Assembly (NCBI RefSeq): GCF_018350175.1 | Contig: NC_058368.1 | Location: 228,348,001 to 228,412,000 of the forward strand | DNA from: Felis catus | Taxonomy: Eukaryota | Direction: 5' to 3' | DNA: 64,000 nucleotides | Shown: piece after piece, positions 63,871 to 64,000 of the stretch | Position numbering within the stretch: position 1 is the first letter of the stretch | Layout: each line of letters begins with the position of its first letter | Made by a program: the position numbers and the translations under genes | Notes under the pieces: generated by a model | What the model was told of the DNA's origin: nothing | What the model saw: only the letters and a program-made list of their open reading frames with translations | Database searches by the model: none

Positions 63871-63891
63871 ATCTATCATCTATCTATCTAT
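63744..63891. repeat. Compound (TCTA)n / GATA tetranucleotide microsatellite
   Basis: Direct reading. Interrupted by tca and tgta units. Confidence 0.97.
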
Positions 63892-64000
63892 GTTCCTTTG
63901 CTTTTCTTTCTCATGAGCAGGTGAAGATTTGGCTGAGAAGCAGTATCTCAGCAAATCTCTCACCCAGTGATGTCAGTGTGTGGGATGTTTTCCAGCAAAG

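Overview
Repeat-rich mammalian genomic DNA, almost certainly from a felid (many CAN-SINEs carry the young cat-type 5' sequence cgtccgacttcagccaggtcacgatctc, and two L1s have cat-type 3' ends). No recognisable protein-coding gene, structural RNA gene or CRISPR array was found, and most ORFs in the supplied track are broken LINE-1 frames, SINE read-throughs or low-complexity sequence. The window holds two adjacent near-full-length but disabled L1s (about 9.3-16.0 kb and 17.3-24.3 kb, minus strand), two 5'-inverted L1 insertions with clear target-site duplications (TSDs), about 18 CAN-SINEs, several solo LTR/MaLR elements, hAT DNA-transposon fossils, MIR/L2 fragments and microsatellites. Structure not explained by repeats: small phase-compatible plus-strand candidate exons (31908-31942, 40050-40109) near an RFX X-box, a 298-nt minus-strand candidate exon downstream of an MLT1 LTR, and a CpG-rich patch at about 47-48 kb. 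Repeat subfamily names are from recalled consensus similarity, not a database search. The sequence alone does not support a new biological system.
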